Shown here in pieces: positions 1 through 8,680 of a stretch of 64,000 bases of DNA. A model generated the notes under the pieces. That model made no database searches and was not told the DNA's origin. It was given only the letters and a program-made list of their open reading frames with translations. The stretch's first letter is position 1. Every line of letters starts with the position of its first letter. The translations under genes were made by a program, and so were the position numbers. The stretch lies in contig CBFHKZ010000003.1 of NCBI GenBank assembly GCA_965656545.1, positions 114,580 through 178,579 of the forward strand, in the 5' to 3' direction. Origin of the DNA: Flavobacteriaceae bacterium. Its GTDB lineage: Bacteria; Bacteroidota; Bacteroidia; Flavobacteriales; Flavobacteriaceae.

Positions 1-9
1 AATGAAAAG

Positions 10-669
10 CTATTTATTTTTATGATGACAAAAATCAAGAATATGCTTTGGTGTATCCATATTTTTCTTTGTATGTACGTCTGGTTTAGGCTTCCCGTAC
101 GTTATTTTAGTTGGAATAGTCCCTCCCCAAAAATCTAATGTCAAATCGGCTTTATTGTCACTTGGTGGTGCATCCGCAATTTTAGCAGAAGCGGTTTTTA
201 TACTAATTTCCAATACACGTGTTGCTTTAAGTTCGCCTTGGTTTGGTGGCCTACAATGTTCCCATCTGTTAGGTACAAAATGATTGATAATGCATTTTAA
301 TCCGTGCAATTTATCTTCATCTGAAATGAGTTCTTTTACAGTTCCAAATACCATCACAGAACGATAATTTACTGAATGATGAAAAGCAGAACGTGTTAAT
401 TTCATGCCATCAAGTAACGTCACGTTTAAGCAAACCTCTTTTGATTCAATTAATGCATTTGTCATTCGATTGTTGTACGACCCATGCAAATAAATAGCAT
501 CGCCATAGCGCCCAAAATTTATGGGTTGCACAAAAGCTTTATTGTTGGCAACAAATGCAATATGACAAACTTCAGTTGCGTCAAGGATGTTGTACACTTG
601 ATCTTTATCATAAGCAGCTTTTTTTGCTCCTCTGACGATAGTATTTAAAGTGGTTTTTTGGAATTTCAT
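10..669 (-). CDS. pyridoxamine 5'-phosphate oxidase-like FMN-binding (split-barrel) family protein
   Basis: 219-aa ORF from the track. The pattern VCHIAF..QPINFGR..IYLHGS..VMVFG recalls PNPOx-like flavin-binding proteins. Recognition only. Confidence 0.6.
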   Translation of the reverse strand: MKFQKTTLNTIVRGAKKAAYDKDQVYNILDATEVCHIAFVANNKAFVQPINFGRYGDAIYLHGSYNNRMTNALIESKEVCLNVTLLDGMKLTRSAFHHSVNYRSVMVFGTVKELISDEDKLHGLKCIINHFVPNRWEHCRPPNQGELKATRVLEISIKTASAKIADAPPSDNKADLTLDFWGGTIPTKITYGKPKPDVHTKKNMDTPKHILDFCHHKNK

Positions 670-691
670 TTTAGTGATTTGAGGAAGTACT

Positions 692-733
692 AAAATAAAA
701 AAAAATCCCTCAACTTATAAAAGTGAGGGATTT
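692..733 (-). terminator. rho-independent terminator downstream of htpG
   Basis: Hairpin AAATCCCTCAACTT/AAGTGAGGGATTT (703-733, one bulge, 4-nt loop). On the minus strand it is followed by a T-run, seen as the A-run 692-705 on plus. Confidence 0.6.
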
Positions 734-740
734 TAATTCA

Positions 741-846
741 GTGCCCTTCGGCTTTGCTCAGGTCACTGAGTTTATGGAAGTACCCTTCGGCTTTGCTCAG
801 GGTACTGCGTTTATCGAGGTCACTGCGTTTATCGAAGTGCCCGAAG
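741..846. repeat. REP-like tandem palindromic repeats in the htpG 3' region
   Basis: GTGCCCTTCGGCTTTGCTCAGGTCAC (741-766) and GTACCCTTCGGCTTTGCTCAGGGTAC (780-805) are stem-loop units. They are separated by three copies of TG(A/C)GTTTAT(C/G)GA(A/G). Confidence 0.8.
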
Positions 847-849
847 ATG

Positions 850-2730
850 TTACTTTATCATGTCAAAGCTTCGTTGGATAAAGGCAGTAAGCTCTTCTCC
901 TTTAAGCAAGGACTGTGACAAACGTGCCAAATCCAGCGATTGTTTTATCAATCGTTCTTGCTTCTTTTTGGTTTTGGTTTCCAAAATCTGACTTACCAAT
1001 GGGTGGTTTACATTAACCACCAACTGATACATGTCGGGGAATCCGCTGGCAAACATACCGCCACCGCCGCCCGTTTGTTGCATCTCTTTCATACGACGCA
1101 TAAACTCGGGTTGGGTAATCATAAAAGGTGCTGCTTCGCTGTCCATAGCCTCTAATTGAACCGTGTACTGCTCTTTAGGCACCACGTTTTCAATCATGGG
1201 CTTTAGCGCTTCTTTCTGCTCATCAGAAAGCTTTGATAATTGCGGCTCGTCTTTGACAATAAGCTTGTCTATGTGGTCGCTGTCGACACGAACAAATCCG
1301 AGTTTGTTATCTTCTTGCTCTAGTTTTTGCAATAGATGCCCTACGATGGGTGAGTCTAGCAATAGCACCGTATAGCCTTTGGCTTTTGCTGCTTCAATGT
1401 ATGCGTGTTGTTCGTCAGTATTGGCAGCATAGAGTTGAATTAGCTTACCATCCTTGTCAGTCTGTGCATCTTTGGTTTGCTCTTTTAATTCGTCGAGTGT
1501 CAAATAAGTGCCTGTTGTGGTTGGAAAAAGATTGAAGCCTTTTGCCTTATCAAAGAACTTGTCCTCGGAAAGCATCCCGTATTCAATTACAACTTTTATG
1601 TCGTTCCACTTTTTCTCTAGATTTTCTCTGTCATTCTTAAATATGGACTGTAGTTTATCAGCCACTTTTTTAGTGATGTAGTTGCTGATTTTCTTTACAG
1701 CACCATCAGCTTGCAAATAGCTCCTAGAAACGTTGAGCGGAATGTCTGGTGAATCAATCACACCACGTAACATGGTTAAGAACTCGGGCACAATTCCCTC
1801 GACGTTATCCGTAACAAACACCTGGTTTTGATATAGTTGAATACGGTCTTTTTGGACATTGAGATCGTTGTTCAGTTTTGGAAAATAGAGGATGCCCGTC
1901 AGGTTAAATGGGTAGTCCACATTGAGGTGAATGTGAAATAAAGGTTCCTCAAACTGCATGGGATATAATTCCCGATAAAAAGACGTGTAATCTTCGTCTT
2001 TTAAATCGCTTGGTTTTTTGGTCCAAGCAGGATTTGGGTTATTTATAATATTATCAACCGTTTCTTTAATTTCTTTTTTGTCATCGCCTTCCCCTTCCTC
2101 GTGTGTTTCTTCCTTGGTTCCAAACTTGATTGGAATGGGCATAAACTTGTTGTATTTGGTCAAAAGGGCCGTAATACGCGATTCTTCCAAAAATTCGTCA
2201 GAGTCTTTGTCAATATGCAATACGATTTCAGTACCACGCGCTGTTTTGTCATGTTCTACTAAGGTATATTCTGGCGATCCGTCACAACTCCAATGGGCCG
2301 CTGGAGCATCTGTATGTGACTTGGTGATGATTTCAACCTTTTCTGCTACCATAAAGGCAGAATAAAATCCAAGACCAAAGTGTCCTATAATACCACTGTC
2401 TTTTGCGCTGTCTTTATATTGATTGATGAATTCTTCAGCACCTGAAAAAGCGACTTCGTTTATGTACTTATTAACTTCGTCAGCTGTCATGCCTAGTCCT
2501 TGGTCAATAACATGTAGGGTTCTGTTCTCTTTGTCTATTTTAATTTCAATTTGCGGACTTCCATACGCCACTTTGGCTTCGCCTATATTGGTGAGGTGTT
2601 TAAGTTTTAGGGTAGCGTCCGTAGCATTTGATATCAGCTCTCGCAAGAAGATTTCGTGATCGCTGTAAAGGAACTTTTTTATTAGTGGGAAAATGTTTTC
2701 TACTGCAACATTTATTTTACCTGATGACAT
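850..2730 (-). CDS. htpG: molecular chaperone HtpG (Hsp90 family)
   Basis: 626 aa. N-terminal GHKL ATPase motifs (FLRELISNATDA, GQFGLGFYSAFMVA-like HFGLGFYSAFMVA). Full-length Hsp90 architecture. Confidence 0.95.
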   Translation of the reverse strand: MSSGKINVAVENIFPLIKKFLYSDHEIFLRELISNATDATLKLKHLTNIGEAKVAYGSPQIEIKIDKENRTLHVIDQGLGMTADEVNKYINEVAFSGAEEFINQYKDSAKDSGIIGHFGLGFYSAFMVAEKVEIITKSHTDAPAAHWSCDGSPEYTLVEHDKTARGTEIVLHIDKDSDEFLEESRITALLTKYNKFMPIPIKFGTKEETHEEGEGDDKKEIKETVDNIINNPNPAWTKKPSDLKDEDYTSFYRELYPMQFEEPLFHIHLNVDYPFNLTGILYFPKLNNDLNVQKDRIQLYQNQVFVTDNVEGIVPEFLTMLRGVIDSPDIPLNVSRSYLQADGAVKKISNYITKKVADKLQSIFKNDRENLEKKWNDIKVVIEYGMLSEDKFFDKAKGFNLFPTTTGTYLTLDELKEQTKDAQTDKDGKLIQLYAANTDEQHAYIEAAKAKGYTVLLLDSPIVGHLLQKLEQEDNKLGFVRVDSDHIDKLIVKDEPQLSKLSDEQKEALKPMIENVVPKEQYTVQLEAMDSEAAPFMITQPEFMRRMKEMQQTGGGGGMFASGFPDMYQLVVNVNHPLVSQILETKTKKKQERLIKQSLDLARLSQSLLKGEELTAFIQRSFDMIK

Positions 2731-2816
2731 AAGTTATTGTTTTTTAATCTTTAACCAAAAAAAGTACCAAAATGAAAAGAGTGACAGTATGGCATAATAT
2801 TTTTTTGTTTAATTAT

Positions 2817-2847
2817 TTTGCTTTTTTGTTAAACGTTTTTATATTTG
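2817..2847 (+). promoter_or_regulatory. candidate Bacteroidota-type promoter (-33 TTTG, -7 TAtaTTTG) with no annotated gene behind it
   Basis: TTTG at 2817-2820 and TATATTTG at 2840-2847, with a 19-nt spacer. This matches the TTTG/TAnnTTTG consensus. Confidence 0.35.
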
Positions 2848-2955
2848 TAGAGTAATCAATAAACAAAAATATTGTTGCGGAGAATATTGCTATGAAACGC
2901 TTTTGATTACACACATTCCTTATTATTGGTTTGTTTAATTTTGGTTAAGTTGTTC

Positions 2956-2993
2956 GAAGGTGCATCGTGGTTGTTGCACCTTCTTTTTTTTTT
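2956..2993 (+). terminator. orphan rho-independent terminator upstream of fabH
   Basis: Perfect 9-bp stem GAAGGTGCA/TGCACCTTC (2956-2964 and 2975-2983) with a 10-nt loop, followed by T10 (2984-2993). There is no plus-strand gene upstream. Confidence 0.6.
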
Positions 2994-3034
2994 ACCACCA
3001 TTATTTCGTTAATTGCTATTAAATTTCATCAAAA

Positions 3035-4042
3035 ATGTATCAATCACGTATAGTAGGCCTCGGACATTACGTTCCAGAAAACATTGTTACCAATGACGAT
3101 TTGTCCAAACTTATGGACACAGACGACGCTTGGATTACCGAGCGCACAGGAATAAAAGAACGTCGTCTCGTTAAAAAAGATGCTGGAGAAGGTACTGCCT
3201 CTATGGGCGTCAAGGCTGCTGAAATGGCGCTTGAAAGAGCAGGCGTTTCCAAAGATGACATTGATCTTGTGATTTTTGCCACCCTTAGCCCTGATTTATA
3301 TTTTCCAGGTTCTGGCGTGCTATTGCAAGACCTCATGGGTATGGGAACTTGCCCTGCATTAGACATTAGAAACCAATGTTCCGGTTTTATTTATGGACTT
3401 TCTGTTGCCGATCAGTTTATCAAAACAGGTATGTATAAGAATGTATTGCTCGTCGGATCAGAATACCATTCTGGCGGTATGGATTTTACCACACGAGGTC
3501 GTACCGTTTCTGTCATTTTTGGTGATGGTGCTGGAGCTGCCGTACTTACGCGTGAGGAAGACACCACCAAAGGAATTCAATCAACGCATTTGTATTCTGA
3601 GGGAAAGTATGCAGCGGAATTGGCCATTATCGGTCCAAGTACCAAACGGTGGATCCCTGAAATTGTTGCAGATTATGACGAAGATGATATGCGCTATCAT
3701 CCCTATATGAACGGGCAACTGGTATTTAAAAATGCAGTGGTGCGCTTTAGTCAAGTAATTCAAGAGGCATTACAGAAAAACGGAAAAGACACAGCAGACA
3801 TAGATTTGTTTATCCCGCATCAAGCAAATTTGCGCATTGCACAATTTGTACAAAAGAAGTTTGGCTTGCGTGACGATCAAGTCTACAACAACATCATGCG
3901 CTACGGCAATACCACCGCCGCATCTATTCCAATAGCCATGTCAGAAGCATGGGCAGAGGGTAAAATAAAGCAAGATGATACAGTCCTACTTGCCGCTTTT
4001 GGAAGTGGATTCACTTGGGGAAGTGCGTTGATACATTGGTAG
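3035..4042 (+). CDS. fabH: 3-oxoacyl-ACP synthase III (KAS III)
   Basis: 335 aa. Active-site context NQCSGFIYGL, HQANLRI and GNTTAASIP, typical of FabH. Confidence 0.93.
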   Translation: MYQSRIVGLGHYVPENIVTNDDLSKLMDTDDAWITERTGIKERRLVKKDAGEGTASMGVKAAEMALERAGVSKDDIDLVIFATLSPDLYFPGSGVLLQDLMGMGTCPALDIRNQCSGFIYGLSVADQFIKTGMYKNVLLVGSEYHSGGMDFTTRGRTVSVIFGDGAGAAVLTREEDTTKGIQSTHLYSEGKYAAELAIIGPSTKRWIPEIVADYDEDDMRYHPYMNGQLVFKNAVVRFSQVIQEALQKNGKDTADIDLFIPHQANLRIAQFVQKKFGLRDDQVYNNIMRYGNTTAASIPIAMSEAWAEGKIKQDDTVLLAAFGSGFTWGSALIHW

Positions 4043-5470
4043 TCCAATTCCCGAAATCCATAACAATAGCGCTGAAATAGCCCCGTTTAGGGCCAGCACA
4101 AAAAAGCCAAAATCAAAGCCAAATGTAGTTTTGCAAAGTGCGGTAATGCCATAGGACAAAACAGGCGCGACAACACATATATAAGGTACCAGCCCATCCC
4201 TTAGTTGTGTTTTTGAAAAGATGCCCAAAAGGAACAAGCCCAACAGTGGTCCATAGGTGTATCCAGCAAAAAGTAGTAGTTGGGCAATTACACTTTCGTC
4301 TCGAATGATATAATAGAAAAGTACAATACACAGCCATAGGATTACGGCCATTGTAAAGTGGATTTTTTTTCGCTGTTTAATTCCTTTTTCTCCCGATTCA
4401 ATTCCCCATAAATCAATGCTTGCACTTGTCGCAAGCGATGTCATCGAGCTGTCGGCACTGCTAAAAGCCGCGGCAATAAGCCCAAAAACAAATGCATATG
4501 AGACTACTGCTCCAAGACCTGATTGCGTAGCTATCATGGGGAAAAGATTGTCCCCCGCTGCTGCTATTCCTTTAGATTGCGCATAGGCACTTAACAACAC
4601 CCCAAGAACCAAGAACAGTACCGTAACCACAACCAATGCGATGGTAAACCAAAACATATTTTTTTGTGCATCTTTTAAGGAACGACAACTCAAATTTTTT
4701 TGCATCATCTCTTGATCAAGTCCTGTCATGGCAAATGCAATGAGCGCCCCGGCAAAAAACTGCTTCACAAAATGCTGGCCGCTGCTCCAGTCTTCCCAGA
4801 AAAACAATTGTGTATTGGGTTGTGACTGCCACCACACCCATAAAGATTGGCTGTCTAGCTGCAGCTCAAAAAACAACACATAGGCAGTAATTCCCAAGGC
4901 AATTAGCATGCAAAGTGTTTGGGCTGTATCCGTGTAAATGATGGTTTTGATGCCCGATTTTTTGGTGTAGAGCCAAATACCTACTAGGGCTACAGCTGCA
5001 CTTGCCCAGAAGGGAACATTAAGTCCGTCTAAAGCAAGCCAATGCAAAACGTTTAGCAACAAAAAAAGCCGAAAGCTAGTGCCGGTTAATCTAGATAAAA
5101 CAAAAAACGCAGCTCCCGTTTTATAACTTTTTTCACCAAATCGATGTTGTAAATAAGAGTAAATGCTGACCACATTCCATTTGTAATAAAGCGGTAACAA
5201 AACAGTACCAATGCAAAAATAACCCAGCGCATAGCCCAACACCATTTGCACATAGCCCAGTTGGGTGCTGGCCACCCACCCTGGAACCGAAATAAAGGTA
5301 ACGCCCGAAAGCGTTGCACCGATCATTCCAAACGCAACCAGATACCAAGGCGCCTTTTTGTCAGCAGCAAAAAAAGTAGTGTTGTTGTTGCTGTTGCCTG
5401 CCAAATACGAGATGCCGTAGAGGACAGCAAAATATATCAAAAGACAAAATATCAGCACTTGGGCGGTCAT
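3986..5470 (-). CDS. sodium:solute symporter (SSS) family transporter
   Basis: 494-aa polytopic membrane protein with about 13 hydrophobic segments and SSS-like N-terminal organisation. Substrate unknown. Confidence 0.8.
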   Translation of the reverse strand: MTAQVLIFCLLIYFAVLYGISYLAGNSNNNTTFFAADKKAPWYLVAFGMIGATLSGVTFISVPGWVASTQLGYVQMVLGYALGYFCIGTVLLPLYYKWNVVSIYSYLQHRFGEKSYKTGAAFFVLSRLTGTSFRLFLLLNVLHWLALDGLNVPFWASAAVALVGIWLYTKKSGIKTIIYTDTAQTLCMLIALGITAYVLFFELQLDSQSLWVWWQSQPNTQLFFWEDWSSGQHFVKQFFAGALIAFAMTGLDQEMMQKNLSCRSLKDAQKNMFWFTIALVVVTVLFLVLGVLLSAYAQSKGIAAAGDNLFPMIATQSGLGAVVSYAFVFGLIAAAFSSADSSMTSLATSASIDLWGIESGEKGIKQRKKIHFTMAVILWLCIVLFYYIIRDESVIAQLLLFAGYTYGPLLGLFLLGIFSKTQLRDGLVPYICVVAPVLSYGITALCKTTFGFDFGFFVLALNGAISALLLWISGIGLPMYQRTSPSESTSKSGK

Positions 5471-5481
5471 CCTTTTTTTGT

Positions 5482-5489
5482 CAAATATA
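5482..5489 (-). promoter_or_regulatory. -7 box TATATTTG for the symporter gene
   Basis: Reverse complement reads TATATTTG, 11 nt upstream of the ATG at 5470. Confidence 0.35.
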
Positions 5490-5516
5490 ACGTATGTGAC
5501 TATTGTTTAAATAGTG

Positions 5517-5524
5517 TATTTTTG
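5517..5524 (+). promoter_or_regulatory. -7 box TATTTTTG, 4 nt before the recR ATG
   Basis: Exact TAnnTTTG match. The gap to the ATG (5529) is 4 nt, which implies a leaderless or near-leaderless mRNA. Confidence 0.4.
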
Positions 5525-5528
5525 AATC

Positions 5529-6146
5529 ATGGAAATTCCGTCTTCTTTAGTTCAGAAAGCAGTAGATGAAATTGCACAACTTCCAGGGATAGGTAGACGG
5601 TCTGCACTTCGAATTGTGCTTCATTTGTTACGTCAACCCAAGGATTTTAGTGCTCGTCTTTCTGGAGCCATCGCAACATTACGCGAGCAAATACGTTATT
5701 GTAATACGTGCCACAATATTTCGGATGCGGAGCAATGTAATATTTGCGCAAGTCCAATGCGCGAGCGTAATATTATTTGTGTAGTGGAAGATATTCGGGA
5801 TGTTATGGCCATTGAGTCTACTGGTCAATTCAAAGGTTTATACCATGTGTTGGGTGGTAAAATTGCGCCCATGGAAGGCGTAGGCCCACAACAACTTACG
5901 ATAGACGCTTTGATAACCCGAGTGGAACAAGAGAATATTGATGAAATCATATTTGCACTGAGCAGTACTATGGAAGGCGACACGACAAACTATTATATTT
6001 TTAAAAAGCTAAGCGTATTTGAATTGCGCTTCTCTGCTATTTCTCGTGGTATTGGCGTTGGTGACGAACTTGAATATGCCGACGAACTGACACTTGGAAG
6101 AAGTATCAGTCAGCGAATTCCCTTTGAAATCTCCATGAAAAGCTAA
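5529..6146 (+). CDS. recR: recombination mediator RecR
   Basis: 205 aa. HhH motif ([11 protein letters not shown]), C4 zinc finger (CNTCHN..CNIC) and Toprim domain. Confidence 0.95.
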   Translation: MEIPSSLVQKAVDEIAQLPGIGRRSALRIVLHLLRQPKDFSARLSGAIATLREQIRYCNTCHNISDAEQCNICASPMRERNIICVVEDIRDVMAIESTGQFKGLYHVLGGKIAPMEGVGPQQLTIDALITRVEQENIDEIIFALSSTMEGDTTNYYIFKKLSVFELRFSAISRGIGVGDELEYADELTLGRSISQRIPFEISMKS

Positions 6147-6148
6147 GC

Positions 6149-7288
6149 ATGCAGTTATCCGTTGTTATCTTAAATTACAATGTAAAATACTTCATTGACG
6201 TATGTCTACAGAGTGTTTTGGCTGCAACAAAAGATTTGGATGCGGAGGTCATTTTGGTGGACAACGCTTCTGTCGATGGAAGTGTTCAATGGATTTCACA
6301 GCAATTTCCGCAAGTCAAACAAATTAATAACAACGAAAATGTTGGGTTTCCAAAAGGAAACAACATTGGCGTGGCCCAGGCCAAAGGAGAATTTTTATGT
6401 ATTCTTAATCCCGATACCATCGTTGCGGAGGATGCATTTGTTAAGGCGATATCCTTTATGGAAACTAACAAGCAGGTAGCCATCATGGGCCCTAAGCTTA
6501 TTGATGGCTCAGGTACTTTTTTAAAGGAATCAAAACGAGGTGTCCCAACACCAGCGGTGGCTTTTTCTAAAGTTTCTGGACTCTATAAGATAGCCCCCAA
6601 ATTGTTTGGTAAATATTATAACCTACGCCTTTCAAAAGACAAATCAGGCCCTACAGAAATATTGGTCGGCGCTTTTATGTTTATGCGTACCGAGCATTAT
6701 CGTGAGCTCAACGGCTTTGATGAAGCTTGCTTTATGTATTCCGACGATATTGATTTGAGCTACAGGTCATTGCAGTTGGGACAACAAAATTACTACAATG
6801 CCGACATTACGGCCATCCACTTTAAAGGTGAAAGCACACCAAAAGATTTTGCCTACCAGCTTATGTTCCGTGAGGCCATGAATTATTTTTACAACAAACA
6901 TTTTCACGTTTCAAACCTGGTAAAAGTTTGGATTAAGGCAGCCACCAATGTCTTTAGCTTTTTAAAGCGCATGCGCGGGGCCCAGTCAAAAACTAGAAAA
7001 CAACTTCCCTACTGTTACTGGCTGATTTCAGATGAGTTGGATTTAAAAATAGGGGTAAACAAAAACGTTTTGTTTATGCACACATCTGGTATAGATGGCG
7101 TTTTAGAACACAGAAACCGCCACACCGAAATTATTTTCGATCCTGAAACCATTTCATTCAAATCTTGCATTGATTTTATGTCAAAGTATGGCAAAGGATT
7201 TACGTATAAATTCTTGAACTCCGACAAAAGCCACGCCGTGGGAAGCATATCTAGTAATGCCAAGGGTGAGGTGCTTGTTATGTCATAG
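6149..7288 (+). CDS. glycosyltransferase family 2 protein
   Basis: 379 aa. N-terminal LSVVILNYN...VILVDNASVDGS and NPD motifs typical of GT2 (rhamnosyltransferase-like). Confidence 0.85.
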   Translation: MQLSVVILNYNVKYFIDVCLQSVLAATKDLDAEVILVDNASVDGSVQWISQQFPQVKQINNNENVGFPKGNNIGVAQAKGEFLCILNPDTIVAEDAFVKAISFMETNKQVAIMGPKLIDGSGTFLKESKRGVPTPAVAFSKVSGLYKIAPKLFGKYYNLRLSKDKSGPTEILVGAFMFMRTEHYRELNGFDEACFMYSDDIDLSYRSLQLGQQNYYNADITAIHFKGESTPKDFAYQLMFREAMNYFYNKHFHVSNLVKVWIKAATNVFSFLKRMRGAQSKTRKQLPYCYWLISDELDLKIGVNKNVLFMHTSGIDGVLEHRNRHTEIIFDPETISFKSCIDFMSKYGKGFTYKFLNSDKSHAVGSISSNAKGEVLVMS

Positions 7289-7308
7289 CGAAAGCCACGA
7301 TTAATTTG

Positions 7309-7316
7309 TACTTTTG
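7309..7316 (+). promoter_or_regulatory. -7 box TACTTTTG upstream of the E2 gene
   Basis: Exact TAnnTTTG match, 13 nt before the ATG at 7330. Confidence 0.35.
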
Positions 7317-7329
7317 AAAAAAAATTAAA

Positions 7330-8679
7330 ATGCCCATTTATCAGCTTGTTTTACCCGCTATGGGTGAAAGTGTTTCTGAAGCTACCATCACACAATGGTT
7401 AAAGAAAGTAGGCGACACTGTTGCTGCTGATGAAGCTGTAGTAGAGGTGGCAACCGATAAAGTTGATTCAGAAGTTGCTAGTGAGTACGCAGGCACCATA
7501 AAAGAAATTCTGCATCCTGTTAATGCTGTTGTTGGTGTTGATGCACCCTTAGCCGTTATCGAAACAGAGGAAGCGGTTGCACAAGATGTGACGCCAGCAG
7601 TTGTGCCAAAGGCAGCCCCTGCACCAGTAGCTCCAACGCCCAAAGCGCCTGAAAAAGTGGTGGATACCCCACAGCAATACATGGATCAAGCGCAAGACTT
7701 GGTAAAGCCTGTTACTCCCGTTGTTGCAGGAGAAAAGCGATTTTACTCACCACTTGTAAAAAACATTGCCAAAGAAGAAAATATTTCAGCACAAGAACTG
7801 GCCACCGTTCCAGGTAGTGGGAAAGATGGCCGTGTGACCAAAGGCGATATTTTAGCCTTTTTAAAAAATAGAAAAGCCCCTGTTGCAGCAAGTGCTCACA
7901 CCAGGGTTGCTGCTTCACCAAGCGCTACAACTGCAGCTACCACACCTCCTGTGTCTCTCGCAAAAAGCCCTACAGATGAGGTTGTGTCCATGACACGTAT
8001 GGAGCAATTGATTTCTGATCACATGATGCACAGCCTTAAAACCTCGGCTCATGTACAGTCGTTTATTGAAATAGACGTGACCAAGCTCTGGAATTGGCGT
8101 GAAAAAGTAAAAAATCAATTTGTCAAGCAACATGGAGTTAAATTAACCTTTACGCCCATATTCTTGCATTTGGTTGCACAAGTGCTTCCTGAATTCCCAT
8201 TGTTGAATGCTGCCCTAGACGGTACAAGCATCATCAAGAAAAAAGACATAAACCTCGGTATGGCAACAGCTTTGCCTGATGGTAATTTAATTGTTCCTGT
8301 CATCAAACAGGCCGACACACTAAGTCTTATTGGACTGGCCAAGAAAGTGCACGAGCTGGCTTCAAACGCACGTAACAATGCACTAAACCCAGACGATGTG
8401 CAAGGCGGTACTTATACGGTAACCAATGTAGGTATGTTTGGCAGCCTTACCGGAACGCCCATCATCAACCAACCACAACTTGCTATTTTGGCATTGGGTG
8501 CCATTCGCAAGGTTGCCGCTGTATTGGAAACAGAAAATGGCGATGTTATTGCCATACGCCAGCAAATGATGGTGTCGCATAGCTATGACCACCGCATCAT
8601 CAATGGTGCCATGGGAGGCATGTTTCTCTTGCGCCTAAAGCAGCGTATTGAAAACTGGGACGAATCTCAAACAATTTAA
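7330..8679 (+). CDS. 2-oxoacid dehydrogenase E2 component (dihydrolipoamide acyltransferase)
   Basis: 449 aa. Lipoyl domain (VEVATDKVDSEV), Ala/Pro linker, E3-binding domain (SPLVKNIAKE) and catalytic domain with SYDHRIINGA. Confidence 0.9.
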   Translation: MPIYQLVLPAMGESVSEATITQWLKKVGDTVAADEAVVEVATDKVDSEVASEYAGTIKEILHPVNAVVGVDAPLAVIETEEAVAQDVTPAVVPKAAPAPVAPTPKAPEKVVDTPQQYMDQAQDLVKPVTPVVAGEKRFYSPLVKNIAKEENISAQELATVPGSGKDGRVTKGDILAFLKNRKAPVAASAHTRVAASPSATTAATTPPVSLAKSPTDEVVSMTRMEQLISDHMMHSLKTSAHVQSFIEIDVTKLWNWREKVKNQFVKQHGVKLTFTPIFLHLVAQVLPEFPLLNAALDGTSIIKKKDINLGMATALPDGNLIVPVIKQADTLSLIGLAKKVHELASNARNNALNPDDVQGGTYTVTNVGMFGSLTGTPIINQPQLAILALGAIRKVAAVLETENGDVIAIRQQMMVSHSYDHRIINGAMGGMFLLRLKQRIENWDESQTI

Positions 8680-8680
8680 T

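Noticed and set aside
741-846. Could the short repeats at 741-846, or at 24804-24875, be a CRISPR array?
   Set aside because: The units are contiguous or separated by another repeated motif, with no unique 25-40 nt spacers. One set lies in-frame inside mnmA. There are no cas genes in the window.
940-2659. Five plus-strand ORFs of 61-115 aa inside htpG (940-1155, 1163-1375, 1350-1535, 2018-2365, 2423-2659).
   Set aside because: They are antisense to a full-length, highly recognisable Hsp90 gene. Their compositions are low-complexity or Ser/Leu-rich, typical of shadow ORFs.
7341-7682. Minus-strand 113-aa ORF rich in Ala, Thr and Ser.
   Set aside because: It is antisense to the lipoyl domain and Ala/Pro linker of the E2 gene. 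It is a shadow of the GC-rich linker codons.
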